From the IMG/VR virus record IMGVR_UViG_3300006793_000013: DNA of 64,000 bases; one strand, written 5' to 3'. Below, one piece after another: positions 36,490-46,325 of this stretch. The DNA comes from a virus. Position 1 is the stretch's first letter, and every line of letters starts with the position of its first letter. The notes under the pieces were generated by a model that worked only from the letters and a program-made list of their open reading frames with translations, ran no database searches and was not told the origin of the DNA. A program made the translations under genes and the position numbers.

Positions 36490-37892
36490 TGACTTGGTAC
36501 TACGACAAAGAAGATACCAGACTAGGTAAGTTCCAAAGAGAACTTGCAGAAGCATCTACAAAATCATTTTGTGTGTTACCTTGGATACACATGGCAACTA
36601 GACCAAATGGTGATATGAGATTATGCTGTACATCTAATGCAAGTGGTGCAGGTGACGATCATGAAGTAGGACTTGTAAAGATGGAAGATGGCAAGCCTGC
36701 AAACTTTGGTAAACACACTCCTATGGAAGCATGGAATAACGATTACATGAAAAGTGTGCGTAAAACAATGTTACGTGGAGAAATTCCTGCAAGTTGTAAA
36801 GGCTGTTTCAAAGAAGAATCACAAGGTATTGTTAGCAAACGTATATGGGAAAGTGCAACGTGGAAAAATGACGAAGGTGTTGATATACCAGAGCTTATTG
36901 CACAAACACAAGAAGACGGAACCGTACCTGAACAATTACAATATCTGGATCTAAGATTAGGACATACATGCAATATTAAGTGTGTAATGTGTAGCCCTCA
37001 CGACAGTAGTAAGTGGGTTGCGGACCATAAAAAACTTATTCCTGTGCTACAAGACCCAGAAGTTAAAAGACAAATGCAGTGGGATAGAAAACTTTTTAAT
37101 AATAAATGGCATGAAAAAGATACTTTTTGGCAAGAGCTTAATGCACAAATACCTTACTTGAAGCAAGTATATTTCGCAGGAGGAGAGCCATTAATGATTA
37201 GAGAGCATAAACGCTTTCTAGAAGAAATTATTAAACAAGGGTATGCAGACAAAATATTAGTAAGATATAATTCTAATGGTTTACTAGTTGACGAAGAACT
37301 AATTGATATATGGAGTAAGTTTAAGAAAGTTAAGTTTGCTGTAAGTATTGATTCATATAAAAAGCGTGATGAATATATTAGATTTCCAACAGACTTTAAT
37401 CAAGTTGAAAAAACTTTACACATGCTAGACAACACACCAGATAACATTCATGTTAGTATTGCAACAGCAGTGCAAATATTCAATATAAAAACTATACCTG
37501 AATTTATTAAATGGAAAGTTAACAGTAATTTTAAAAAGATGAATGTTGGTTTAATTGACGGACATGTTATGGGTGGCGGTCTTGTAAATGCACATCTAGT
37601 ACACATACCAACATTCTTAAATATTACAATACTGCCTGAAAAAGACAAGCAAGAAGTACGTGAAAAGTTTGCTGAACTAAAACAATGGTTATGGGATAAC
37701 TTTACACAAGACGATGAGTTTTGGAAACACAATCCTAAAGGATGGCGTCAATGGGAAGGATTATTAAAGCATATGGATAGTTGTGATAACAGTCATATGT
37801 TACCTGGCTTTAAAGAATACGTTAATAAGTTAGATGCAATCCGTGGACTAGATGCAGCAAAAATATTTACTGAACTAGATCACTTACTTTAG
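36489..37892 (+). CDS. Radical SAM enzyme, subtype B (N-terminal Twitch-like domain)
   Basis: FCVLPW...GDMRLCC...CKGCFKEE; CNIKCVMC; FAGGEP. Confidence 0.9.
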   Translation: MTWYYDKEDTRLGKFQRELAEASTKSFCVLPWIHMATRPNGDMRLCCTSNASGAGDDHEVGLVKMEDGKPANFGKHTPMEAWNNDYMKSVRKTMLRGEIPASCKGCFKEESQGIVSKRIWESATWKNDEGVDIPELIAQTQEDGTVPEQLQYLDLRLGHTCNIKCVMCSPHDSSKWVADHKKLIPVLQDPEVKRQMQWDRKLFNNKWHEKDTFWQELNAQIPYLKQVYFAGGEPLMIREHKRFLEEIIKQGYADKILVRYNSNGLLVDEELIDIWSKFKKVKFAVSIDSYKKRDEYIRFPTDFNQVEKTLHMLDNTPDNIHVSIATAVQIFNIKTIPEFIKWKVNSNFKKMNVGLIDGHVMGGGLVNAHLVHIPTFLNITILPEKDKQEVREKFAELKQWLWDNFTQDDEFWKHNPKGWRQWEGLLKHMDSCDNSHMLPGFKEYVNKLDAIRGLDAAKIFTELDHLL

Positions 37893-38784
37893 TAAGGGGT
37901 ATATCAGCAGCACAAGTACACCACTTACGAGTACAAGTTATCCACTCTTCCGGTTGTTCAAAACTGCCGTCATAAATGTTACCTATACTTCCACCAACTC
38001 TACAAGTAGCACGATGAACTTCACCGTCCCAATTAATCATTAGGCTTTCGATACCTGCACTACATTTCCAACCTTCAAATTGATTTAGATGTTTTTTGAT
38101 AATATCGTTGGCATGCATTTTAGTTTTATCATCAATAATAACATTAGGTTCTACAGTAGATGTTTTAGACAATATCCATTCTAAGTCTTTACCTTCATAT
38201 TTTAAATCATCAAACACATCATGGTCACCTTCTGTCCATCTTATTCGTCTTACAACATAAGGAATACCGTGTCCGTCGAACATTGTAGCACACTCTTTTA
38301 CTCTATCCATAAATTTATGATGTGCCATTAAGTTAACTTGAAATGGCTTTTGCGGAGATGCATATCCTTCATTTATCTGAGAAAACATTAACACAGTTTC
38401 TGCACATCTTCTCCAATGCTCGTCATCTTCTACATGCAAACTAAACACAATATGATTTACGTTAAGGTCACTGTAGTACTTTGCTGTACGTGTTCCGTTA
38501 GTAGTTACATTGATCCAATCAACACGCTGACTTGCATGATCAACTAGTTCTGTAAACTGTGGGTGTACACACGGTTCACCGCCTGTAAAACTTACACGCA
38601 TTGATTTACCAGTTTCAGCTAGTGCATCAACTGCATCTATTAATACTTTAATATTTGTGTGTGGACTAGTGTTATCGTGTATTTCTGCTGGACAATAACT
38701 ACAATCAAAGTTACAACGTTTGCCAAGATTCCACTCAACATGAACGCTGTCTTGCCGATCATAACTAGACGCTATTTTAAACAT
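37867..38784 (-). CDS. Radical SAM enzyme, subtype A (paralog of 33823)
   Basis: VEWNLGKRCNFDCSYC, FTGGEP; CSAG...ATC...CTRKWCTCAAD. Start moved to 38784. Confidence 0.9.
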   Translation of the reverse strand: MFKIASSYDRQDSVHVEWNLGKRCNFDCSYCPAEIHDNTSPHTNIKVLIDAVDALAETGKSMRVSFTGGEPCVHPQFTELVDHASQRVDWINVTTNGTRTAKYYSDLNVNHIVFSLHVEDDEHWRRCAETVLMFSQINEGYASPQKPFQVNLMAHHKFMDRVKECATMFDGHGIPYVVRRIRWTEGDHDVFDDLKYEGKDLEWILSKTSTVEPNVIIDDKTKMHANDIIKKHLNQFEGWKCSAGIESLMINWDGEVHRATCRVGGSIGNIYDGSFEQPEEWITCTRKWCTCAADIPLTKVSDLVQ

Positions 38785-40048
38785 ACGGAGCAAACTCCGG
38801 ATTAATAACTTCAAATGGTCCTTGTTTACGACTCTTATCTAAGTTGCGATTAAAATTAATGCAGTCTTGCCATAGTTCGTTGTGTAGATCATCTGCTTCT
38901 AAGAAGTTAATATTATCCTGAATTTGCGTTAGTGTAAAGTCCTTAATACGTTCGTCACTTTTAACAAGTTTGTAATCTAACACTTTTGTTTTCATTGCTT
39001 CTAATTTAGCAATAACTTTTTGTTTTAGATCAGGCGGAATACATTGTGCTGATAACGCTCTTGGATATTGCACCCTATGACTATAGAAAATAATGTCCAT
39101 GTTTTCCATGAAGTATTCTATTACTTTATCTATTTGCATTATGTTGTTTGCTTGTACTGTAAATGCTCCAACTATTCTACTTACTGTTGGTATAGTTTTC
39201 ATTATCTTAATGTTTTCTTCAATCTCTTCAAACTTACCGTTTCCTCTGATGTATTCATATACATCATGTACACCATCAATTGAAACATTAACTGCAACAC
39301 TTTTAAACTTAGGCCAGTAATCGTGTATTGTACGTCCGCCTTTGATTCCTAGTGTGGTGCCGTTTGTTGCATACTTGATTTCGATATTTTTACCGTATGG
39401 TGCTAACATATCTAAAATTTTATAGTGCTGAGGATCCATTAAAGGTTCTCCACCTGCAAACTCTACACGTCTAAAGTGCGGCAGTAGTTTTTCAAAAGAC
39501 TTCCACCAGTTATCTGTATCATTAAATGCATCAATATACTTGCCTGGTGTGTCTACTAATTTATTAACTGTAGGTATAAGAAAGTTATTTTCTTTTTTAT
39601 AAAATTCTGTAACTTGGTCCCAGTCTTTCCATTGTGTACTATCTAATGGGTTACACATACGACACTTTAAGTTACATAGATTATTAAGTTTAACTTCCAT
39701 AGTAGGCATTTCAAACGGCATACTGTAATCATCTTCTAGTGCGTCTAATGCGTCTGGGTATAAGTTGATCCTTGCTTCAGGTATTACTCCTGCTGTATGA
39801 CGCTGTCGTAAGCTCTGTACACCCTGATCTTCTAATCTAAAGCAAGGCTCACAAACATCAGGACGTTCGTCATTCATAACCTGTCGACGAACTTCTTTCA
39901 TTTTGTCGCCGTTCCAAATCTCTTCTAGTGTGTTGTCTTTAATGTCTCCAATAGGAGCACTACGGCAACAGATCTTAATTGCGCCATCTTCTCTTGTTGC
40001 TAATCCTGTAAAAGGATGCATACAAAATGTTTTACTTTTGCATGGCAT
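38777..40048 (-). CDS. Radical SAM enzyme, subtype B
   Basis: FCMHPF...GAIKICC...CEPCFRLE; CNLKCRMC; FAGGEP. Confidence 0.9.
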   Translation of the reverse strand: MPCKSKTFCMHPFTGLATREDGAIKICCRSAPIGDIKDNTLEEIWNGDKMKEVRRQVMNDERPDVCEPCFRLEDQGVQSLRQRHTAGVIPEARINLYPDALDALEDDYSMPFEMPTMEVKLNNLCNLKCRMCNPLDSTQWKDWDQVTEFYKKENNFLIPTVNKLVDTPGKYIDAFNDTDNWWKSFEKLLPHFRRVEFAGGEPLMDPQHYKILDMLAPYGKNIEIKYATNGTTLGIKGGRTIHDYWPKFKSVAVNVSIDGVHDVYEYIRGNGKFEEIEENIKIMKTIPTVSRIVGAFTVQANNIMQIDKVIEYFMENMDIIFYSHRVQYPRALSAQCIPPDLKQKVIAKLEAMKTKVLDYKLVKSDERIKDFTLTQIQDNINFLEADDLHNELWQDCINFNRNLDKSRKQGPFEVINPEFAPYV

Positions 40049-40769
40049 TCATTACTCCCCATTGTCTTTCTTGACACCAAAAACATTTCTTACATGTTGG
40101 TACATATTGTCCGGGTGTGTATGTTTTATAATCTAGTCCTTTGAAGACTTCCGGATATTGATCGTTGTCACCTTCGCAACTTCTAGTGATGTTTAACAAC
40201 TCAGCAATATCATTTTTTATGTATTGTCCTATGACCCAATCTTTTTTACTAGCAATAAAAGGGTGACAAACTGTTACGCCCATATGTGTCATTATAGCAT
40301 CTATTGCCGGCTCTTGTCTATCACTCATTGCACCGTCAAATTCTACATCAGGATTTAGTGTAACGGCTGCATACCATGCATCTAAGTTTACTTTGTGTGC
40401 AAGGTACTCGTTGAACGATCTTAGTATAATTCTGTTACCTGACTTCATTTTGCCATTTTCATCTTTAATCATAGTGGTATGTGGCTCTTCAAGTTCAGGT
40501 GGAATAAAGTTAACGTGTCTTTCAAACTCAAGATCAGGAAAATGTCCTACAAACCAATCAAATACTTCTGCTGAAATATGCTCTTGCCATGGTCGTGATT
40601 TCCACATTCTAACCTGTGTACTAATGTGTACTTTACAGTTGTCATGTAGGTTTTGGCAAATTAAGTATGCAAGTAACGCACTATCTGCTCCACCACTTAA
40701 ACTAATACCAACGTTTTTCCATTTTATATCCATTGGTAAGATCACATCGTCAATCTTTATTTTACGCAT
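40032..40769 (-). CDS. QueC-like PP-loop ATPase
   Basis: ISLSGGADSALL; TRSCEG...CKKCFWCQER resembles the QueC Zn site. Start moved to 40769. Confidence 0.75.
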   Translation of the reverse strand: MRKIKIDDVILPMDIKWKNVGISLSGGADSALLAYLICQNLHDNCKVHISTQVRMWKSRPWQEHISAEVFDWFVGHFPDLEFERHVNFIPPELEEPHTTMIKDENGKMKSGNRIILRSFNEYLAHKVNLDAWYAAVTLNPDVEFDGAMSDRQEPAIDAIMTHMGVTVCHPFIASKKDWVIGQYIKNDIAELLNITRSCEGDNDQYPEVFKGLDYKTYTPGQYVPTCKKCFWCQERQWGVMNAMQK

Positions 40770-40774
40770 ATTCA

Positions 40775-40818
40775 TATTTACCAAGTTATGTACACAGTTA
40801 ATTTAGTTCCGGTAAATA
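40775..40818. promoter_or_regulatory. Divergent pair of late-type promoters, both TAAATA-N5-ATG
   Basis: Minus: TAAATA(40780-40775) TGAAT ATG. Plus: TAAATA(40813-40818) TGCAT ATG(40824). Confidence 0.7.
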
Positions 40819-40823
40819 TGCAT

Positions 40824-41480
40824 ATGATCCAAAATACCAAATATACAGTATCTTTAGATGATATAGCAGGCGTAATGGGCGATGTGTATGATATTGGAAA
40901 GTTTGATATATCTGAGCAAACTGGCAGCTTCTTTTATGATCCTTGGCAGTTGAAGCCGGAGTTCTTAGGAACAGCATGGGAAACTATTTGGAATAGTTTG
41001 CCAGAACCTAAAGGACAAGGAAGAATTATTATTTTAGAATCGCCTAGTTGTTATACTTCACATGCAGACATTGACAATCGTTGGCATTTAAATCTTTGCG
41101 GAGATGAAGCCTACCTTATTGATTTAGAAAAAGAAGAAATGTTTAAGACTGTGCTTGACGGCAAATGGTATGACATGGATGCTGGTGTTCCACACACTGC
41201 TATGAATATAGGTGCTGAGATAAGAGCGCAGTTAGTTGTAAGAAAATTACTACCTAAAAATATTATTAATGATCCGCAACATGTTAGAATTGCAGGAGTC
41301 AAAGGAAACATACGATACGAGTTTGATAAACATTTAAGTCCTTGGTTAAACAGGGCAGCAAATAACACAAAAATTATTAGCAATGTAAAAGTTGTTAAGC
41401 AAGGCATAGAGTTTGATATTGAAAAGGGCTTGGTGCCAATAATCCCAGTACCACAACAAATGGAGTTAGTAATACTATGA
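40824..41480 (+). CDS. Asp/Asn beta-hydroxylase-like cupin oxygenase with C-terminal extension
   Basis: RIIIL..PSCYTSHADID.RWHLNL...DAGVPHTAMN.G..IRAQLV. Confidence 0.7.
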   Translation: MIQNTKYTVSLDDIAGVMGDVYDIGKFDISEQTGSFFYDPWQLKPEFLGTAWETIWNSLPEPKGQGRIIILESPSCYTSHADIDNRWHLNLCGDEAYLIDLEKEEMFKTVLDGKWYDMDAGVPHTAMNIGAEIRAQLVVRKLLPKNIINDPQHVRIAGVKGNIRYEFDKHLSPWLNRAANNTKIISNVKVVKQGIEFDIEKGLVPIIPVPQQMELVIL

Positions 41481-42391
41481 AAATTTTAATGACAGGTTCC
41501 TCTGGATTTATCGGTCAAGCGTTAACTGAAAGGTTAAAACATTACGACATACATCACATGCGTAGTGACCTGAGAGATCATAAAGCAGTTGCAGACGAAG
41601 TACTTGCAGTTAACCCAGATCAAATTGTACACCTTGCTGCACGTACTGAAGTAGAACAAAGTTTTTATGAGCAAATTACATTTAGTGAAATTAACTATGT
41701 TGGAACTGTAAATTTAATTGAAGCAGCATCAAGGATAAAGCGTTTAAAGAATTTTGTGTTTGCTAGTACAATGGAAGTATATGGTTGGCAACCTATTTCA
41801 GACGAAGTTGAAAAAGATGGTATACCAGAAAAATTTATAGCGTTTGACGAAAACACACAACCTAACCCTAATGCACCATATGCGGTAGCAAAGTACGGGT
41901 GTGAAAAATATTTAGAATATGCAAACCGTTGTTTAGATCTACCTTTTACTGCATTTAGACAAACTAACTGCTATGGTAGAAAAGACAATGACTATTTTGT
42001 TACAGAGCAGATTATTAGCCAAATGCTTGAAGGTAAAGAATGTAACTTAGGTTATGCAGAACCTTATCGTAATTTTATATATGTTACTGATATGCTTGAT
42101 GCATGGGAAACTGTAATTACTAATCCAGACAAATGCAATAGCGGATTAATTTTTACAATTGGTCCTGACAATCCTATTAAGATTAAAGACTATGCAGAGC
42201 TTATTGCAGAAAAGATTGGATACACAGGACCTATTAACTGGAACACAAAATTATTCCGAGCAGGAGAAATTTATTGGCTAAACTCTAACAATAAACTGAT
42301 CAAAGAAAAACTAGGTTGGGAGCCTAAAGTTACGTTAGATGAAGGCTTAGACAGAACCATAGAATACTGGAGACAAAAACTTGAACGCTAA
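41477..42391 (+). CDS. NAD-dependent NDP-sugar epimerase/dehydratase (extended SDR)
   Basis: MTGSSGFIG, IVHLAA, FASTMEVYG, PYAVAK (YxxxK), NCYG. Confidence 0.92.
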   Translation: MKILMTGSSGFIGQALTERLKHYDIHHMRSDLRDHKAVADEVLAVNPDQIVHLAARTEVEQSFYEQITFSEINYVGTVNLIEAASRIKRLKNFVFASTMEVYGWQPISDEVEKDGIPEKFIAFDENTQPNPNAPYAVAKYGCEKYLEYANRCLDLPFTAFRQTNCYGRKDNDYFVTEQIISQMLEGKECNLGYAEPYRNFIYVTDMLDAWETVITNPDKCNSGLIFTIGPDNPIKIKDYAELIAEKIGYTGPINWNTKLFRAGEIYWLNSNNKLIKEKLGWEPKVTLDEGLDRTIEYWRQKLER

Positions 42392-43073
42392 ATGGCAACC
42401 ATATCTTAAACTAGATCCAGAAGGCTGGCCGTGTATGGCTCAGCAAACTTATGAACCTCTTATAAGTGAAGACGGAACAACTTTTTGTAAGAATTATAAT
42501 GTTGATAGCGAATATCAAAAGATGGAAAACAAACCAAGGCCACTTTACACTAAAGAAGTTGTTGATTGGTTTTTTCAAAACGAACTAACATACTTAGAGC
42601 TTTTTAAAGATAAAAAGTATGCACCAGAAGTTAAAGACATTGATTACAAAAATCAAAAGATTTATATTAAATGGTATGGCAAGAGCTGTAACCAAATAAT
42701 TAATGATCCTGAAATTAAAGAGTGGCCTGAGTATATGTGGCGTAGGCAAATTAGAGATATTATAGTTGACCAGTATGATGAAGGTATCTACAAGTTAACA
42801 ATGTATCCACACTGTCACTATATTACAGATACAAAACAAATGAAAGCAATTGATTGGTACGGCTGTGTTCCTATTGACGATCCTTTCATTGAGCAAAAAT
42901 ATATGCAAGGTATTATACACGACACAGCACAATTTAGACTAGACGAAACAGGTGAGCCAATTGACGACAAGGTCAATTTAGAAATTATGTTTAAGCGTAG
43001 TCTAGGAGAACATGTTTTATGGGGAGATGAAAACATGAGTTACATATACAAGGAATTGTTTGGAGATGGCTAA
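42381..43073 (+). CDS. Kinase-fold protein with degenerate catalytic loop
   Basis: FQNELTYL, YAPEV..ID, EGIYKLTMYPHC (HrDlkp.N position), KAIDWYG. Confidence 0.5.
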   Translation: MNAKWQPYLKLDPEGWPCMAQQTYEPLISEDGTTFCKNYNVDSEYQKMENKPRPLYTKEVVDWFFQNELTYLELFKDKKYAPEVKDIDYKNQKIYIKWYGKSCNQIINDPEIKEWPEYMWRRQIRDIIVDQYDEGIYKLTMYPHCHYITDTKQMKAIDWYGCVPIDDPFIEQKYMQGIIHDTAQFRLDETGEPIDDKVNLEIMFKRSLGEHVLWGDENMSYIYKELFGDG

Positions 43074-43644
43074 ACTAGTTGGTACAACTAAAGATGTTAT
43101 AGACTGGGATCCTATAGTTGATCTGTGTGCTAAATGCACCACTGGCGATTATAATTCAGTTAAGACAGTTGTAGATCGTTCAGAAGGTAACTGGAGAGAC
43201 AATCCAGAATTACTAGGCTCATATCACAATGTAATTGATACTTGGGATAAAGCAGGTTATAATTTAGATGAGATTCAATGGTGGGATTATTATCCAGGTG
43301 AACATTTCGATATTGAGATACAAAACAAGTTTGCTAAAATTATAGATGCAGAGCCTTTAAGAGTGTTTGTTAGTGATGTTGCTCCATGTAACAATGTTCC
43401 TTATCATTGGGACGTAGAAGATAAAGAAGAAGAATGGTTAAAACTAGGTGAACTTAAACGTTGGGTATGTTTTATGGACAAGCCACGTTGGGGTAATGTA
43501 CTAGTGTTAGAAGAACAAGCATTTCATAATGTAGCACAAGGCGAAATATGGGAATGGGATAGTTATAGAAGCTATCATGCAGGAACTTGTATGGGTGTAC
43601 ATCATCAATACTTGTTTCATTTTTTAGGAAGGCCAAACAAATGA
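43066..43644 (+). CDS. Cupin/2OG-Fe(II) oxygenase-like (AspH-like)
   Basis: NVPYHWD...GEIWEWDSYRSYHAGTC. Confidence 0.7.
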   Translation: MAKLVGTTKDVIDWDPIVDLCAKCTTGDYNSVKTVVDRSEGNWRDNPELLGSYHNVIDTWDKAGYNLDEIQWWDYYPGEHFDIEIQNKFAKIIDAEPLRVFVSDVAPCNNVPYHWDVEDKEEEWLKLGELKRWVCFMDKPRWGNVLVLEEQAFHNVAQGEIWEWDSYRSYHAGTCMGVHHQYLFHFLGRPNK

Positions 43645-44168
43645 AGCATTTAGGTGTATGTAATACTATTGATTGGGATAGTGTAATAGAACAATGTGCA
43701 AGTGTCGAACCTGAGTTTGTAGGACCTAGTCATAAGCGTGGTGACACTATTCCTGGACTAGATCCTATATTAGATATGTGGGAAGAAGCAGGCATTAAAA
43801 CTGTACACGAAGGTGGCACAGCAGGTTGGGATATGTTTATTCCAGGTAAACAATTTGATCAAAGCATAGTTGATGCTTGGAACGAGTTTTACGGATTAGA
43901 CTGTAAAAACGTGTGGATAAGTAGAATACACCCAGGACGTTTTGCACCTATTCATTGGGACGTACATGACAACGAAGAAAACATTCCTGATTGTCCTAGA
44001 TATCATTGCCATATAGGTAGTCCGCAATGGGGGCATATTTTTATTGCTGGTAATGATACATTTTATAATATTCCACAAGGTGCAACTTACGAGTGGGAAG
44101 ATAGAAAGATTTGGCACGCCGGAACAAATTGTGGAACAGTGCCTAAGTATATATGGAACGCATGGTAA
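43641..44168 (+). CDS. Cupin/2OG-Fe(II) oxygenase-like (tandem paralog of 43066)
   Basis: SRIHPGRFAPIHWD...GATYEWEDRKIWHAGTNCG. Confidence 0.72.
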   Translation: MKHLGVCNTIDWDSVIEQCASVEPEFVGPSHKRGDTIPGLDPILDMWEEAGIKTVHEGGTAGWDMFIPGKQFDQSIVDAWNEFYGLDCKNVWISRIHPGRFAPIHWDVHDNEENIPDCPRYHCHIGSPQWGHIFIAGNDTFYNIPQGATYEWEDRKIWHAGTNCGTVPKYIWNAW

Positions 44169-44767
44169 TGGAAAACATTTTATATTTAGATCACCCGTGG
44201 ATTTCTGTTTACACAGATGTTGTAGATAATGAAACCTGTGATAAGTTTGTTAAAAAATATACAGAACTAGGAATGAATCCTAATGCAGGGTTAGAATCTA
44301 GAGAACAAACATACGGACAAATTACTGAGGAAGTAGAACAACGTAGTATTAGTTGGGACACCTCAACTGAAGATAGACAATTTTTTAGAAATAAAATTTG
44401 TGAAGTATTAAAAATACCTGACAGTCATATTGAAGCTGGGGATATCTATAGATACGATACAGGCCAATACTTTGGACTGCACCACGACTTTCCATACACA
44501 CCAGAAGACATTGCTTATTACGCAAAAGGAGGTGATAGAAAAGCAACTGCAATATTTTGGTTAAATGATGGATATGACGGAGGCGAATGTAAGTTTCCAG
44601 AGTTAGGTGTTTGTGTTACTCCTGAAAAAGGAGGAATGATGTACTTTGAGTACGACTATGAAGATGAAAAAATAAACAAAATGACAATACATGAAGGCAT
44701 GCCAATTACTAAAGGAGCCAAGTGGATTGCTGCATTTTTTATTGCAAACGGTCCGAGGGTAGAATGA
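44168..44767 (+). CDS. Prolyl 4-hydroxylase-like 2OG-Fe(II) oxygenase
   Basis: YRYDTGQYFGLHHD, RKATAIFWLNDGYDGGECKFP, TIHEGMPITKGAKW. Confidence 0.9.
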   Translation: MENILYLDHPWISVYTDVVDNETCDKFVKKYTELGMNPNAGLESREQTYGQITEEVEQRSISWDTSTEDRQFFRNKICEVLKIPDSHIEAGDIYRYDTGQYFGLHHDFPYTPEDIAYYAKGGDRKATAIFWLNDGYDGGECKFPELGVCVTPEKGGMMYFEYDYEDEKINKMTIHEGMPITKGAKWIAAFFIANGPRVE

Positions 44768-45222
44768 ACGTTGTAGTATTAGGCGGAACAAAAGGAGTAG
44801 GGCAACTACTTTCAGCATATTTCAAACTTAAAAATGCTGATGTAAAAGAGTTTGGTAAAAACAGTTTATTTGATGAAGTAGTTGATGTTGCTAAAACTTG
44901 TGATGTTTTTATTTGCAATGCTTACGCAGATGGTAGGCAACTAAACTATATAGAAACACTAAAAGACTACAACATAAAAATTATAGTAAGTGGTAGTATT
45001 GCAGCAGATTCACCTGATCCTGACATGCCTGTGTACAGTTTAGATAAAAAGAACTTACGTGAAAGAGTACTTGAGATATCTCAATCTCGTGATACATGCA
45101 AGGCAGACATATTACTACTAACACTAACAGGAACAGCAGTAAAAGAATATCAAACAATACATAACACAATAGACTATTGGCTAGAAAACAGTACAATCAA
45201 CGAAATTAGATTTACAATATGA
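44764..45222 (+). CDS. Truncated short-chain dehydrogenase/reductase
   Basis: VVLGGTKGVG, FICNA, SGSIA, YSLDK. Confidence 0.7.
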   Translation: MNVVVLGGTKGVGQLLSAYFKLKNADVKEFGKNSLFDEVVDVAKTCDVFICNAYADGRQLNYIETLKDYNIKIIVSGSIAADSPDPDMPVYSLDKKNLRERVLEISQSRDTCKADILLLTLTGTAVKEYQTIHNTIDYWLENSTINEIRFTI

Positions 45223-45794
45223 AAACAGTAATTACAGGACACACAAGCGGAGTTGGTAAAATACTTCATGCCTATTTTCAAGGAGAAGGTTTATCACGTT
45301 CTAATGGTTACGATATTGATAAAGATTTTGATAAAGTAGTTGAAGCAGCAAAAGGTGCTGACTTGTTTATTAACAATGCTTATAGAGATCAACAACAATT
45401 AAAACTGTTTCATGCACTAAAAGACCATGTAGGTAAAATGATAGTAATGGGTAGTATTAGTAGAATGTATCCTGAACTTATTCCTACTGACTATGTTCAA
45501 GACAAAGAAGCACTATACGAAGCATGTAGGTTACATAATTTACAACCAGACACTTGTCCTGTGTTACACCTTGATCTAAGTTTTATTGAACAAACAGATG
45601 TTAACTTCCAAGACCCTACAGCATTTACAAGCGATAACCATATTAAGTATACAGAGATTTTAGAAGCAGTTAAGTTTTGGTTAAAAAATCCTAATGTACA
45701 GAATATAGAATTTGTTTGGAAATGTACACCCTTTGTACGCAAAGAATTAGAAAGAATAAATCCTAACTTAGACCCATCTCGGATAACGTTCTAA
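45219..45794 (+). CDS. Truncated SDR (tandem paralog)
   Basis: VITGHTSGVG, LFINNA, MGSIS, YVQDK. Confidence 0.72.
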   Translation: MKTVITGHTSGVGKILHAYFQGEGLSRSNGYDIDKDFDKVVEAAKGADLFINNAYRDQQQLKLFHALKDHVGKMIVMGSISRMYPELIPTDYVQDKEALYEACRLHNLQPDTCPVLHLDLSFIEQTDVNFQDPTAFTSDNHIKYTEILEAVKFWLKNPNVQNIEFVWKCTPFVRKELERINPNLDPSRITF

Positions 45795-46325
45795 GTTTTC
45801 CAAAAACTTATCAGCATGTATTTCCCATACAGTTTGATCTGTGTGTCTATAATGCACATCTTTTACTCTGCTAACAATTCCTATTTTTTCTAATGTAGGA
45901 AAGTAATAACTGTGAACTAGGCGTTGACTTGCTTCTTTGCTTTTATTACTTGTAGCATACATTTTTCCTCTATTACCTACCCACTCTATACATTGTGGAA
46001 GTAAGAATTGGTCTGTTAGGTTTTGATGTTCAGCAACTAGTCTTTTAGGTGTAATAAGTCCTGTTGTTTTACGTGCTTCAGCAAACGTACAAACTCTTGT
46101 AAGTATACGATAACCTCCAGGCATAACATCGTCAAAGCTGTGTGCGGCAACGCTTCCAATGGCTTTATCATCTTGGTATAATATCCATGCTTCCCACTCG
46201 CGTTCATTGCGAAAGCAATCGATCATTGCTGCTTGACTACTGTTATTTTTAAATCCTCTACTCTCTGCTTCTGCGTAAAAGTCAGATAAGTCTAGTAGCT
46301 CGTTCCATTTAGATACTTTGTACAT
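45768..46325 (-). CDS. Putative GNAT-fold acyltransferase
   Basis: WILYQDDKAIGSVAAH...YRILTRVC; fold guess only. Confidence 0.4.
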   Translation of the reverse strand: MYKVSKWNELLDLSDFYAEAESRGFKNNSSQAAMIDCFRNEREWEAWILYQDDKAIGSVAAHSFDDVMPGGYRILTRVCTFAEARKTTGLITPKRLVAEHQNLTDQFLLPQCIEWVGNRGKMYATSNKSKEASQRLVHSYYFPTLEKIGIVSRVKDVHYRHTDQTVWEIHADKFLENLERYPRWV

